A stretch of 64,000 nt of DNA from Alphaproteobacteria bacterium (GTDB taxonomy: Bacteria; Pseudomonadota; Alphaproteobacteria; UBA828). The position numbers and the translations under genes are program-made. The stretch's first letter is position 1; each line of letters starts with the position of its first letter. The stretch is taken from NCBI GenBank assembly GCA_963422645.2, contig CAXXVO010000005.1, positions 192,001 through 256,000 of the forward strand, written 5' to 3'. This document shows positions 28,331 to 37,092 of this stretch, piece by piece. Below the pieces are notes generated by a model, which did no database searches, was not told the DNA's origin, and was given only the letters and a program-made list of their open reading frames with translations.

Positions 28331-29601
28331 GCGCCCGCTTGCGTGAAGTAGGGGCGGGGGTCGGCGATCCGCCCCTCCAGCGCCGATGCCGCCACCGCCG
28401 CGGCATTGCAGAGATAGATTTCCGAGTCCGGGCTCCCCATGCGCCCGGTGACGTTGAGCGTGCCGGTAGAGACCGCGCGCTGGCCTGCGGTCATGGTGGC
28501 GATGCGACCGTAACAGTAGTCGCAGGACGACGAGGTGACGAAGGCGCCGGCCTCGATCAGCGTGGTCAGCAGGCCTTCGCGGGCAGCGTTCGCCATGATC
28601 GCCTGGCTGGTGGGCACGATGTGGAGCTGGAAGCCCGGCGCGATGCGGCGGCCCTTGAGCACCGCCGCGGCGGCGCGCAGGTCCTCCAGCCGGCCGGAAG
28701 CGCAGGAGCCGAGGTAGCCGGCCTGGACCTCGAGCCCGGCATGGTCCGCGAGGTCGGCGGTGGCGGCCGGGTTGGGCGGCACCACGACAATGGGGGCGAG
28801 ATCGGTGAGGTCGACCTCGTGCAGCGCGGCGTAGGTGGCGTCCTCGTCGCTCGCCTGCGGCTCGAAGGACCCGGGCACGTGGACGCGGGCGTAGTCGAGC
28901 GCGAGCCGGTCGGGGTTGCAAATCGCGGTCAGCGCGCCGGTGAACATGGCGAGCCCGGTGATGGTCTGGCGCCCTTCCAGCGAGATGTCGCCGAGCGCCG
29001 GGCCGCCCAGCTCCAGCACCTGAAAGCGGCAGGAGCGGGGGCCGAGCACGCGCACCAGATGGTGGAACACGTCGCGCGCCATCACGCCGGGGGCGAGCCG
29101 GCCGGTGAGGTTGACCCGCGTGGTCTCCGGCACGGTGAAGTCGATCCGCTCGCGGACGAAGGCCTCCAACAGCTGCGTGTGGATGCCGATGGCAAGCGTG
29201 CCGAAGGCGCCGAGCTGCGCGATGTGGCCGTCGAAGTGGACGACGAAGCCGCCGGGCACCGCGTAGCCCGCCTCCGCCGCCACCTGATGGCCGATGCCCT
29301 CGCGCTCGTGGAGCTTCACCCCGTTCTCGGCGCACCAGGTGCGGGTGACGATGTGCAGCTCTTCTTCCTCGGGTGTGTTCGCCGGCACCATGTGATCGAT
29401 GAAGAGGGCGTAGCGCTCCGGCTCGGCCACGCGTTCGATGCCGAACTCCTCCTTCATCTGCTTGAAGATGAGGTCGAGATAACCGGGGAAGTCGTAGCCC
29501 AGCACGTGGTCGGGCTTGACCTCGACTTCCGTGCCGGCCGGCACCGGCGCACCCGCCCTGCTCGCGCGCCCCATGATCTTTTCGGCGATCGTATAGCCCA
29601 T
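28327..29601 (-). CDS. LeuC/HacA/DmdA-like dehydratase large subunit
   Basis: MGYTIAEKI, DH, GIGHQ, GSCASGR, CDYC, GRMG. Confidence 0.9.
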   Translation of the reverse strand: MGYTIAEKIMGRASRAGAPVPAGTEVEVKPDHVLGYDFPGYLDLIFKQMKEEFGIERVAEPERYALFIDHMVPANTPEEEELHIVTRTWCAENGVKLHEREGIGHQVAAEAGYAVPGGFVVHFDGHIAQLGAFGTLAIGIHTQLLEAFVRERIDFTVPETTRVNLTGRLAPGVMARDVFHHLVRVLGPRSCRFQVLELGGPALGDISLEGRQTITGLAMFTGALTAICNPDRLALDYARVHVPGSFEPQASDEDATYAALHEVDLTDLAPIVVVPPNPAATADLADHAGLEVQAGYLGSCASGRLEDLRAAAAVLKGRRIAPGFQLHIVPTSQAIMANAAREGLLTTLIEAGAFVTSSSCDYCYGRIATMTAGQRAVSTGTLNVTGRMGSPDSEIYLCNAAAVAASALEGRIADPRPYFTQAGA

Positions 29602-29673
29602 CGCTCCCCGCCCGTGCCGCTCTGCGTAGCGGATGGTAGCACCATCGGGCGGCGCCGCGCAGAGATGCGCCCG

Positions 29674-30663
29674 TCAGGACTTATCCAGGCGGAAGAGGAG
29701 CAGGAGCGTGCGCTGGAGGAAATTGAAGTTGTCGTCGGAGAGGATGTAGACGAGCGTTGCGCCGTCCACGTCGCGGGTCACGGCCAGGCCTTCGTAGTTG
29801 TCCACGGTGAGCGGCGGTGCGAAGCGGGCGAGGAGCTCGCCCTTCAGCACGGCACCGCCTCCGATGGCGCTGGCGGGAATCCGCTCGAGCCGCGCCTTGA
29901 ACCCGCCGAGCAGCTTGAAGTAGCGCGACAGCACGAGCACGTCGCCGTTCGGTAGTAGAGCCGCATCGGTCGGCTTGAAATCGCGCGCGGTGCGATAGCC
30001 AAGCGGCTCGATTTCCTGGCCGACGAGCCAGCCGGCGCGGGAGCCGCCGGTGCGGTTCAGGCTCTCCGCCAGCATGAGGATGCGTCCGTCGGGAAGCGGC
30101 GTCAGCGCTTCCAGCCCGCCGTTGGGCGGGGCGGCCGCGATGCCCTTCGGCGTCGGGAAGGGCGCGGGGCGACCCTGCAGGCCGCCGGTCTCCGCCGCAT
30201 AGCGCCAGACGCGGTGACGTCCTTCGAAGCTCACCAGCCAGTCGCCGCCCGGCAGGCGCTCCAGCGCCTCGGCGTCGCGCCACTCGCCCGCGGCCGGGCG
30301 GCCCTTCGTGTCGAGGAGCGGTCCCAGCGCGGCGTCTACCAGGTCCACGAGGCGGCCGTTGCGGTCGCGCACGATACGGGCGGTGAACCAATGGCCGCGG
30401 TCGGTGACGGCGGTGAGCCGCCCGTCTGCCGTGGCGCTGAGGCCGGAGAGGCCGCCGAACGCCGCTTCGTCGCTCCGCAGATCCAAGCCGCCGAGGAAGT
30501 GCAGGCGGCCAACGTCCTGCACGGCGCGGTCGGTCGTGTCGAGGGCGATCGGGCGCGTGGAGAGCGAGATCGAAGCAGCGAATGCGTCGCCGAACGCCAG
30601 CGCGAAGGCGCTGACGATGACGGCGGCGACGAGGGCGCGCGCCAGCGAGCGGCAGCTCGTCAT
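29674..30663 (-). CDS. Exported esterase-like/phytase-family protein
   Basis: FGGLSGL, DAEAL, NGGLEAL, DNYEG, SDDNF..QRTLL. Confidence 0.85.
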   Translation of the reverse strand: MTSCRSLARALVAAVIVSAFALAFGDAFAASISLSTRPIALDTTDRAVQDVGRLHFLGGLDLRSDEAAFGGLSGLSATADGRLTAVTDRGHWFTARIVRDRNGRLVDLVDAALGPLLDTKGRPAAGEWRDAEALERLPGGDWLVSFEGRHRVWRYAAETGGLQGRPAPFPTPKGIAAAPPNGGLEALTPLPDGRILMLAESLNRTGGSRAGWLVGQEIEPLGYRTARDFKPTDAALLPNGDVLVLSRYFKLLGGFKARLERIPASAIGGGAVLKGELLARFAPPLTVDNYEGLAVTRDVDGATLVYILSDDNFNFLQRTLLLLFRLDKS

Positions 30664-31922
30664 GCCGTGGCCTTCGCCCGTGCGAGACGCGCGTCGGCAC
30701 GCCATACGCCGACGACGGCTGCCAAGCCGATGCCTGGGCAGACCAGCATGGTCCACCACGCGGATGCCCAGTCGCCGACCGCCTCGGTCACTGCGGCCAG
30801 CAGAGGCGGGCCGAGCATGCTGCCGAGTGCGGCTCCCTGCGCCACGAAGCCGCTCGCCGTGGCGACCTGCTCCTGACCGGGCGCATGCGCCGCGCCGCCT
30901 TCGAGGCAGGCGGCAGGCAAGAGGCCGCCAACCAGGGCGAAGCAGAGCGCGAGCGGGATCTTGGCGACGTCGGGCGTGAATGACGCGAAGAGCGCTGCCG
31001 CGCACACTCCCATCGCGACGTAGGCGGTGCCGATCAGCAGCCAGCGCGCGGCGCCGCGGTGCATGAGCGCCGCGCCGGCGACGGCACCGAGCGCGGTCAT
31101 GGAGACGATGAGCGCGGTGAAGAGCGCGGCACCGGCGAGCGAGCGGCCCTGGGTCTCGATCAGGAAGGTCGGCAGCCAGGTCATCAATGCCAGCCACTGG
31201 ATCGAGAACAGCACGAAGCACGTGCCGAACAACCAGGGCCCCGGCCGCGCCAGCGTCGCGCGCACGCCTGCACCGAACCGCCAGGGCCCCGGCCGCGGGC
31301 GTGTCACTCGCCCACCCGCGTCGTCGATGGCCGCGCCGACGACCGTCAGTGGACGCCAGCGCCGCGGCGCCGTCCTCCAACCGAAGACGAGCAAGAAGAG
31401 AAGAACGAGCCCGGCGTTCAGGAACCAGAGGCCGCGCCAGCCGATCGAGGCCAGCAGCGCCGTCGCGATCACCAGGGAGAGGGCCATGCCGATCGGCATG
31501 TAGGTGCCCCAGGCGCCGAGGGCGAAGCGGCGCACGTCGGTGCGCGTCGCGGCGACGATCAGCTTGGGCGCGGCCACCGTCAGGGCGACGAAGCCGAAGC
31601 CCTCGGCCACGCGGGTCACGAGCAGCAGCGTCCCGTTTCCGGCGAACCCGCCGGCAAGGCTCGCGAGCGCCATCACCGCGCCCCCTGCGAGCACCATCCG
31701 CCGGGCGCCCAAGCGGTCGATCAGCAGCCCGCCGGCGACGCCGAACGCGGCGCCGATACCGTAGAACGACGACGCGATCAGCCCGGCAATGACGCGGGGC
31801 AGCCCGAGTTCGGCCTGTAACAAGGGCAGCGCGGGCGGCACCTTGCCGACCTGCAGGCCCACGATGTAGCCGGCCGCGAGCGCAAGCGCCACGATGTCCC
31901 AGCGGGTGCGCTCGGACGTCAT
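30660..31922 (-). CDS. MFS transporter (CynX/NimT-like), paralog 1
   Basis: GKVPPALP, WGTYMPIG; about 12 TM segments. Confidence 0.88.
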   Translation of the reverse strand: MTSERTRWDIVALALAAGYIVGLQVGKVPPALPLLQAELGLPRVIAGLIASSFYGIGAAFGVAGGLLIDRLGARRMVLAGGAVMALASLAGGFAGNGTLLLVTRVAEGFGFVALTVAAPKLIVAATRTDVRRFALGAWGTYMPIGMALSLVIATALLASIGWRGLWFLNAGLVLLFLLVFGWRTAPRRWRPLTVVGAAIDDAGGRVTRPRPGPWRFGAGVRATLARPGPWLFGTCFVLFSIQWLALMTWLPTFLIETQGRSLAGAALFTALIVSMTALGAVAGAALMHRGAARWLLIGTAYVAMGVCAAALFASFTPDVAKIPLALCFALVGGLLPAACLEGGAAHAPGQEQVATASGFVAQGAALGSMLGPPLLAAVTEAVGDWASAWWTMLVCPGIGLAAVVGVWRADARLARAKATA

Positions 31923-32056
31923 GCGTGCGTGGGCCTATGGCGCGGGACCAAGGGTCGATGACAATTGCGGCTCCGGTCTCCCGCTAAGAGAGCGACGCCG
32001 GGCGGGTCGCCCCGATGCCGGAGCGGCAGGTATCGGCAAGGCGCCGGGCCCCGCCA

Positions 32057-33571
32057 TCACGCGAGCGCGTCGCCCTTCGACAGTGCCTCTCCCCCGAAGC
32101 GCTCGATCGCCTCCAGGGTCTCGCGCACGTCGTTCCAGGTGGTGGCGTGATTGATGATGCACATCCTGAGCGCGAACGTTCCGCGCAGCAGCGTCGACGA
32201 CATGAACGCGGGGTCGTCCCAGAACATGCGGGCGAGCACGGTCCTGTTGACCTTGTCCAGTGTCTCCTCGTCGAGCCCGCCGTCCGCCGGATTGACCCGA
32301 AAGCAGACGATCCCCAGCTTCGGCGTGTTCAGGGACTGAAGGACCGGACTCGCACGGACATAGTCATTGGCCTGAGCGGCCAATTCCATTCCCTTCGCGA
32401 CCGCACTGCGGAACGCCGCCATTCCGAAGGTCTGGATCGACATCCAGACCTTGAGCGCGCGAACCGAGCGGCTCAGTTGCAGGCCGAGGTTGGAGAAGTT
32501 GGGATGATTCGCCCCCCAGACCGTGTCCTGAAGGATGTCGGGCCGGACCGCGAAGGCGTCCGTGAGCGTGCTCTCGTCCTTCACCAGCAGGCAGCCCGCC
32601 TCGTAGGGCTGGAACAGCCACTTGTGGGCGTCCAACCCGATTGAGTCGGCGCGCTCGATCCCGCGCAGGAGCTGCTTGCCCCGCTCCGTCACGACCGCGA
32701 AGCCGCCGTAAGCGGCATCGACATGCAGCCAGAGCCCTTCCGCCGCGCAGAAGTCGGCCATCTCCTCGAGCCGGTCGATGGCGCCTGTGCCCGACGTGCC
32801 GGCGTTGGCGGCGACCGCGATGGGAGTGAGGCCGTCGTCGCGGTCGGCGGCCACGGCGCGAGCGAGAGCATCCATGTCCATGCGGAAGTGCGCGTCGCTC
32901 GCGATCATGCGGATGCGGTCGCGCCTGACGCCCACGATCATCGCCGCGCGGAAGAGCGCGCTGTGGCTCTGGTCGCTCATGTAGACGGTCGCGCGATCGG
33001 GGTGACCCGCTGACTCGCGCGCCGCCACGAAGGCGTCGACGCTGGCCGCCGAGCCGCCGCTGGTGAAGAGCCCGCCCGCGCCTTCCGGATAGCCGATCCA
33101 GCGCCTGAACCAGTCGATGACGACCAGCTCCAGCTGGCTAGGACCGCTTGCGACCAGCCAGGTGCATTGGTTGATGTGGTAGCCGGCGGCCATGAAGTCG
33201 GCCACCACGCCGGGCCAGGTGGGCGACGACGGAATGAACCCGAAGAAGCGGGGGTGATCGTTGCGCGCCGTGAGCGGGAGGATCTCGCGCGCAGCCCTCT
33301 CGATCACCTCCGCTGCAGGCCTGCCGTCCTCGGGCGCATCCTCCAGCAGCTGGTCTTCGAGCACCTGCCGAAACTCGCCCTCCCAGGCATTCTCTCCGGG
33401 CAGGCTCTCGATCCGCTCCACCAAGAGCTCGAGCGCCTTCTGCCCGAGGTCGAGCATCTGTTCGCGCGACATCTGCAGATCGCCGCTGACTCGGGCGTCC
33501 GGATCTGCCTCGCGCTCGCGATTGTCTCTCAAGGAGGCATCATCCCTGCCGATCACCGGTCGATCCGCCAC
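32057..33571 (-). CDS. Group II PLP-dependent (aromatic amino acid-like) decarboxylase
   Basis: HPRFFGFIP, LHVDAAYGG, DAHKWLFQPY. Confidence 0.9.
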   Translation of the reverse strand: MADRPVIGRDDASLRDNREREADPDARVSGDLQMSREQMLDLGQKALELLVERIESLPGENAWEGEFRQVLEDQLLEDAPEDGRPAAEVIERAAREILPLTARNDHPRFFGFIPSSPTWPGVVADFMAAGYHINQCTWLVASGPSQLELVVIDWFRRWIGYPEGAGGLFTSGGSAASVDAFVAARESAGHPDRATVYMSDQSHSALFRAAMIVGVRRDRIRMIASDAHFRMDMDALARAVAADRDDGLTPIAVAANAGTSGTGAIDRLEEMADFCAAEGLWLHVDAAYGGFAVVTERGKQLLRGIERADSIGLDAHKWLFQPYEAGCLLVKDESTLTDAFAVRPDILQDTVWGANHPNFSNLGLQLSRSVRALKVWMSIQTFGMAAFRSAVAKGMELAAQANDYVRASPVLQSLNTPKLGIVCFRVNPADGGLDEETLDKVNRTVLARMFWDDPAFMSSTLLRGTFALRMCIINHATTWNDVRETLEAIERFGGEALSKGDALA

Positions 33572-33661
33572 GTCAGCCTCCTCCCCTGACCGGCGATCCC
33601 AACACAAGTGCCGCGGGAGGGAAACCCCGCGTAGGGTCACGGGCACGCGGGCGAGCATCCC

Positions 33662-34873
33662 TTATGCTGCGGCGACCAGGCGCCCGAGACGCGCGTCGGC
33701 CCGCCATACGCCGGCGACCACCGCGAGGCCGAGAGAGGACCAGACCAGCATGGTCCACCACGCGGCGTCCCAACCGCCGAGAGCCTCGGTCACCGCGGCG
33801 AGCAGCGGCGGGCCGAGCACGGCGCCGAGCGCGGCCCCCTGCGCGACGAAGCCGCCCGCCATCGCCACCTGCGCCTGGCTCGGCGCATGTGCGACACCGC
33901 CTTCGAAGCACGCGGCGGGCAGCGGGCCGCTGGCCAGGGCGAAGCAGACGGCAAGCGGGATCTTGGCCGCAACGGGCGTGAAGGGTGCGAAGAGCGTCGC
34001 CGCGCAGACGCCCATGCCCGTGAAGGTGAGTCCGAGCAGCAGCCAGCGCGCGACGCCCCGGAGCATGAGCCAGGCACTGGCCACGGAGCCCACGGTGGTG
34101 GCGAGGACGAAGAGCGCGGTGAAGAGCGCGGCAGCGGCGAGCGAGCGGCCCTGGGTCTCGATCAAGAAGGTGGGCAGCCACGCCATCAGCGCCTGCCACT
34201 GCACGGCGAAAATCGCGAAGCAGAGGCCGAAGAGCCAGGGCCCCGGCCGCGCCAGCGTCACGCGCACGCCTGCACGATCGAACGTGCTGCCCGCCGCCGG
34301 CATGCTCAAGCGCCCCGGCGCCGCGCCCCATGCGAAGGCAAGCAGGAAGAGCACAATCAGCCCGGTGTTGATGAACCAGAGGGCGCGCCAGCCGAGAGGC
34401 TCCAGCAGCACCGTCGCGATCACCAGCGAGAGCGCGATGCCGACCGGCATGTAGGTGCCCCAGATGCCGAGGACGAAGCGGCGCACGGAGCCATCGGCCG
34501 CGGCGACGAGCATCTTGGGCCCGGCAACCGTAAGCGTGGCGAAGCCGAAGCCTTCGACGATGCGGGCCGCCAGCAGCTGTGCCCCGCTCTCCGCAAATCC
34601 GCCGGCAAGGCTCGAGAGCGCCATCACGGCACCCCCGACAAAGACCATCTGCCTGATGCCAAGCCGGTCGACCAGCAGCCCGCCGGCAACGCCCAGGACC
34701 GCGCCCATGCCGTAGAAGGACGACGCGATCAGTCCGGCGATGACGCGGGGCAGGCCAAGCTCCGCCTCCAGCATCGGGAGCGCCGGCGGCACCTTGCCGA
34801 CCTGCATGCCAACCATATAGCCGGCCGCGAAGGCCAGGGCCACGATGTCCCAGCGCGTGCGGGCCGGGGACAC
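33662..34873 (-). CDS. MFS transporter, paralog 2
   Basis: Visibly homologous end to end with 30660-31922. Confidence 0.88.
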   Translation of the reverse strand: MSPARTRWDIVALAFAAGYMVGMQVGKVPPALPMLEAELGLPRVIAGLIASSFYGMGAVLGVAGGLLVDRLGIRQMVFVGGAVMALSSLAGGFAESGAQLLAARIVEGFGFATLTVAGPKMLVAAADGSVRRFVLGIWGTYMPVGIALSLVIATVLLEPLGWRALWFINTGLIVLFLLAFAWGAAPGRLSMPAAGSTFDRAGVRVTLARPGPWLFGLCFAIFAVQWQALMAWLPTFLIETQGRSLAAAALFTALFVLATTVGSVASAWLMLRGVARWLLLGLTFTGMGVCAATLFAPFTPVAAKIPLAVCFALASGPLPAACFEGGVAHAPSQAQVAMAGGFVAQGAALGAVLGPPLLAAVTEALGGWDAAWWTMLVWSSLGLAVVAGVWRADARLGRLVAAA

Positions 34874-34875
34874 GA

Positions 34876-37077
34876 TCAGCGTCGTCGCGGCCTGCCGCGC
34901 CGCCTCCCGTCGCGGTCCGTCATCGAGTTCCAGGGCTCGCACTTTGCGGCCGAGAGGGAAAAGACGAGGCTGCCGGCAACGGGATCGGCCTCCTTGAGTG
35001 TCACGACCACGGGATCGCCCAGGCGGAGTGTGCGCCCATCGACTGCGAGTGTGTGCCGGCGGGCGTCGAAACGCGGGCGGGCGGCACCGAGGGAGCGCCC
35101 CGGCACCAGGCCTTCGGCGCCGGTCTCGTCGAGGGAGACGAAGATCCCGAAGCGGGTGACGCCGGCGATGCGGCCCTGAAATTCAGCGTCCAGGCGATCC
35201 GCCAGATAGGCGGCGCAGTAGCGATCTCCGGCAGCGCGCTCGGCGGCCTGCGCGCGCCGCTCGGTGGACGAGATGTGCGTGCCCAGATGTTCCAACGCCT
35301 CTGCCTCCGTGCGCCCGAAGCCGCCCGCCCCGAGACCGTAGGCGTCGATCAAGGCGCGATGCACCAGCAGGTCGGCGTAGCGGCGGATCGGTGAGGTGAA
35401 GTGGGCGTAGCGCACGAGGCCGAGCCCGTAGTGGCCGATGTTGCGCGGGCTGTAGACGGCCTGCGCCTGGGTGCGCAGGATCATCAGGCTGGCGATGCCG
35501 ACATCGCGCGGGTTCTCGAGCAGGGCGAGGAAGCGGTTGAAGGCATCGGGACGCATCGCGCCGCTGCGCGGCATGGCGATCCCGCGGCTGCGGAGAAACT
35601 CACGCAGCACCTCGAGCTTCGCGGAATCGGGCAGGTCGTGGACGCGGTACATGCAAGGCGCGCGCTTGGCTTCGAGGGCGCTGGCGGCGGCGACATTGGC
35701 CGCGATCATCAGCTCCTCAATCAAGCGGTGGCTGTCGTGGCGGCGGACGAAGCCGATGCGCGCCACCCTGCCGTCCTCGGCCACCGTCACCTCGCGCTCC
35801 GGCAGCTCCAGGTCGAGCGCGCCGCGGCGCTCGCGCGCCGCCCGGAGCGCGCCGTAGACGCCGTAGAGCGCGGTGATCGCGGCCCGGACCGGCGCCGCCA
35901 GGCCGTCGCAGTCGCGCTCCGCCGCGGTCTGAACTTCGTCATAGGTGAGCCGTGCCGCCGAGCGCATGAGCGCGCGCTCGAAGCGCCAGTTGAGCAGTTC
36001 GCCCGCGGCGTCGATGCGGAGATGCGCGGCGAGGCAGGCGCGGTCCACGTCGGGCTTCAACGAGCAGAGGTCGGCGGAGAGCGCCTCCGGCAGCATCGGC
36101 ACAACGCGGTCGGGGAAGTAGGCGGAGTTTCCGCGCTCGCGCGCCGCCTTGTCGAGGGCGCTGCCGGGCAGGACGAAATGCGCCACGTCGGCGATGGCGA
36201 CGAGCGCGCGCCAGCCTCCCGGATTGTCCGGCGCGGGATCGGCCTCAGCCCAGACCGCGTCGTCGAAATCGCGGGCGTCGGCGCCGTCGATGGTGACCAA
36301 AGGGAACGCCCGCAGATCGGTGCGGCCTTCAGGTCCCGGCGGCACCGCGCGCTCGGCCTCCGCCAGTGCCGCGTCGGGGAAGCGCATCGGCAAGCCGTGA
36401 GCGTGAATTGCGGCGAGGCTGATCGCGCCTGGCGAGTCCGCATCGCCCAGCCGCTCGACCACCCTGGCGTCGGTCAGGCCGAGGCGGCTGCCGGGCTCGG
36501 TTTCGCCGACCACCAGCTCGCCCGACCGGGCGCCGGCGGTCTTGCCCGCCGGTACTGCGAGATCGCGGCGGGAGCGGCGCTCCGCCGGCTCGATCACGCC
36601 CCCGCCATTGCCCGTGGCGTGGAAGACCCCGACCACCCGGCGGGGGCCGGCATCGAGCACGCGCAAGGGCCGCGCCAGATAGCCGCCATCGGGCGCGCGC
36701 CTGAGCCGCGCGAGCACGCGATCGCCCTCACCCGGTTCAGGAACGCCGCGGGGTGCCGGGTCGAGGGTGATCGGAGGCGGCGGATCGGGCTCCTCCCAAC
36801 GCGCCGGCCGTGCTCTGAGCGCGCCGTCGGCATCGAGGCCGTCGACCTCCAGCACGGTAACTGAGGGCAGTGTGCCGGCGGGGCGGCGCCGCTTGCGACG
36901 GCCATCGAGCGCGCCTTCCTCCTCCAGCGAGCGCAGGAGCTCGGTCAGCGCGGCCCGGTCGTTGCCGCGAATTCCGAAGGCCCGCGCGATCTCGCGCCGA
37001 CCGACCTTGCCCGGGCTCTCCCGAACAAAGCGCAGAACTTCATCCTTGGTCGGAAAGGGAGCCGGCTTGCCCGCCAA
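34876..37077 (-). CDS. rnr: Ribonuclease R
   Basis: TIDGADARDFDDAV, HFTSPIRRYADL, S1 domain. Confidence 0.95.
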   Translation of the reverse strand: MAGKPAPFPTKDEVLRFVRESPGKVGRREIARAFGIRGNDRAALTELLRSLEEEGALDGRRKRRRPAGTLPSVTVLEVDGLDADGALRARPARWEEPDPPPPITLDPAPRGVPEPGEGDRVLARLRRAPDGGYLARPLRVLDAGPRRVVGVFHATGNGGGVIEPAERRSRRDLAVPAGKTAGARSGELVVGETEPGSRLGLTDARVVERLGDADSPGAISLAAIHAHGLPMRFPDAALAEAERAVPPGPEGRTDLRAFPLVTIDGADARDFDDAVWAEADPAPDNPGGWRALVAIADVAHFVLPGSALDKAARERGNSAYFPDRVVPMLPEALSADLCSLKPDVDRACLAAHLRIDAAGELLNWRFERALMRSAARLTYDEVQTAAERDCDGLAAPVRAAITALYGVYGALRAARERRGALDLELPEREVTVAEDGRVARIGFVRRHDSHRLIEELMIAANVAAASALEAKRAPCMYRVHDLPDSAKLEVLREFLRSRGIAMPRSGAMRPDAFNRFLALLENPRDVGIASLMILRTQAQAVYSPRNIGHYGLGLVRYAHFTSPIRRYADLLVHRALIDAYGLGAGGFGRTEAEALEHLGTHISSTERRAQAAERAAGDRYCAAYLADRLDAEFQGRIAGVTRFGIFVSLDETGAEGLVPGRSLGAARPRFDARRHTLAVDGRTLRLGDPVVVTLKEADPVAGSLVFSLSAAKCEPWNSMTDRDGRRRGRPRRR

Positions 37078-37092
37078 GAGCGTCGCGCGCCG

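Noticed and set aside
25952-28351. 799-aa plus-strand ORF (and similar long antisense ORFs at 12777, 17631, 37897, 47005 and 54787)
   Set aside because: Antisense shadows of well-supported genes; no recognisable motifs
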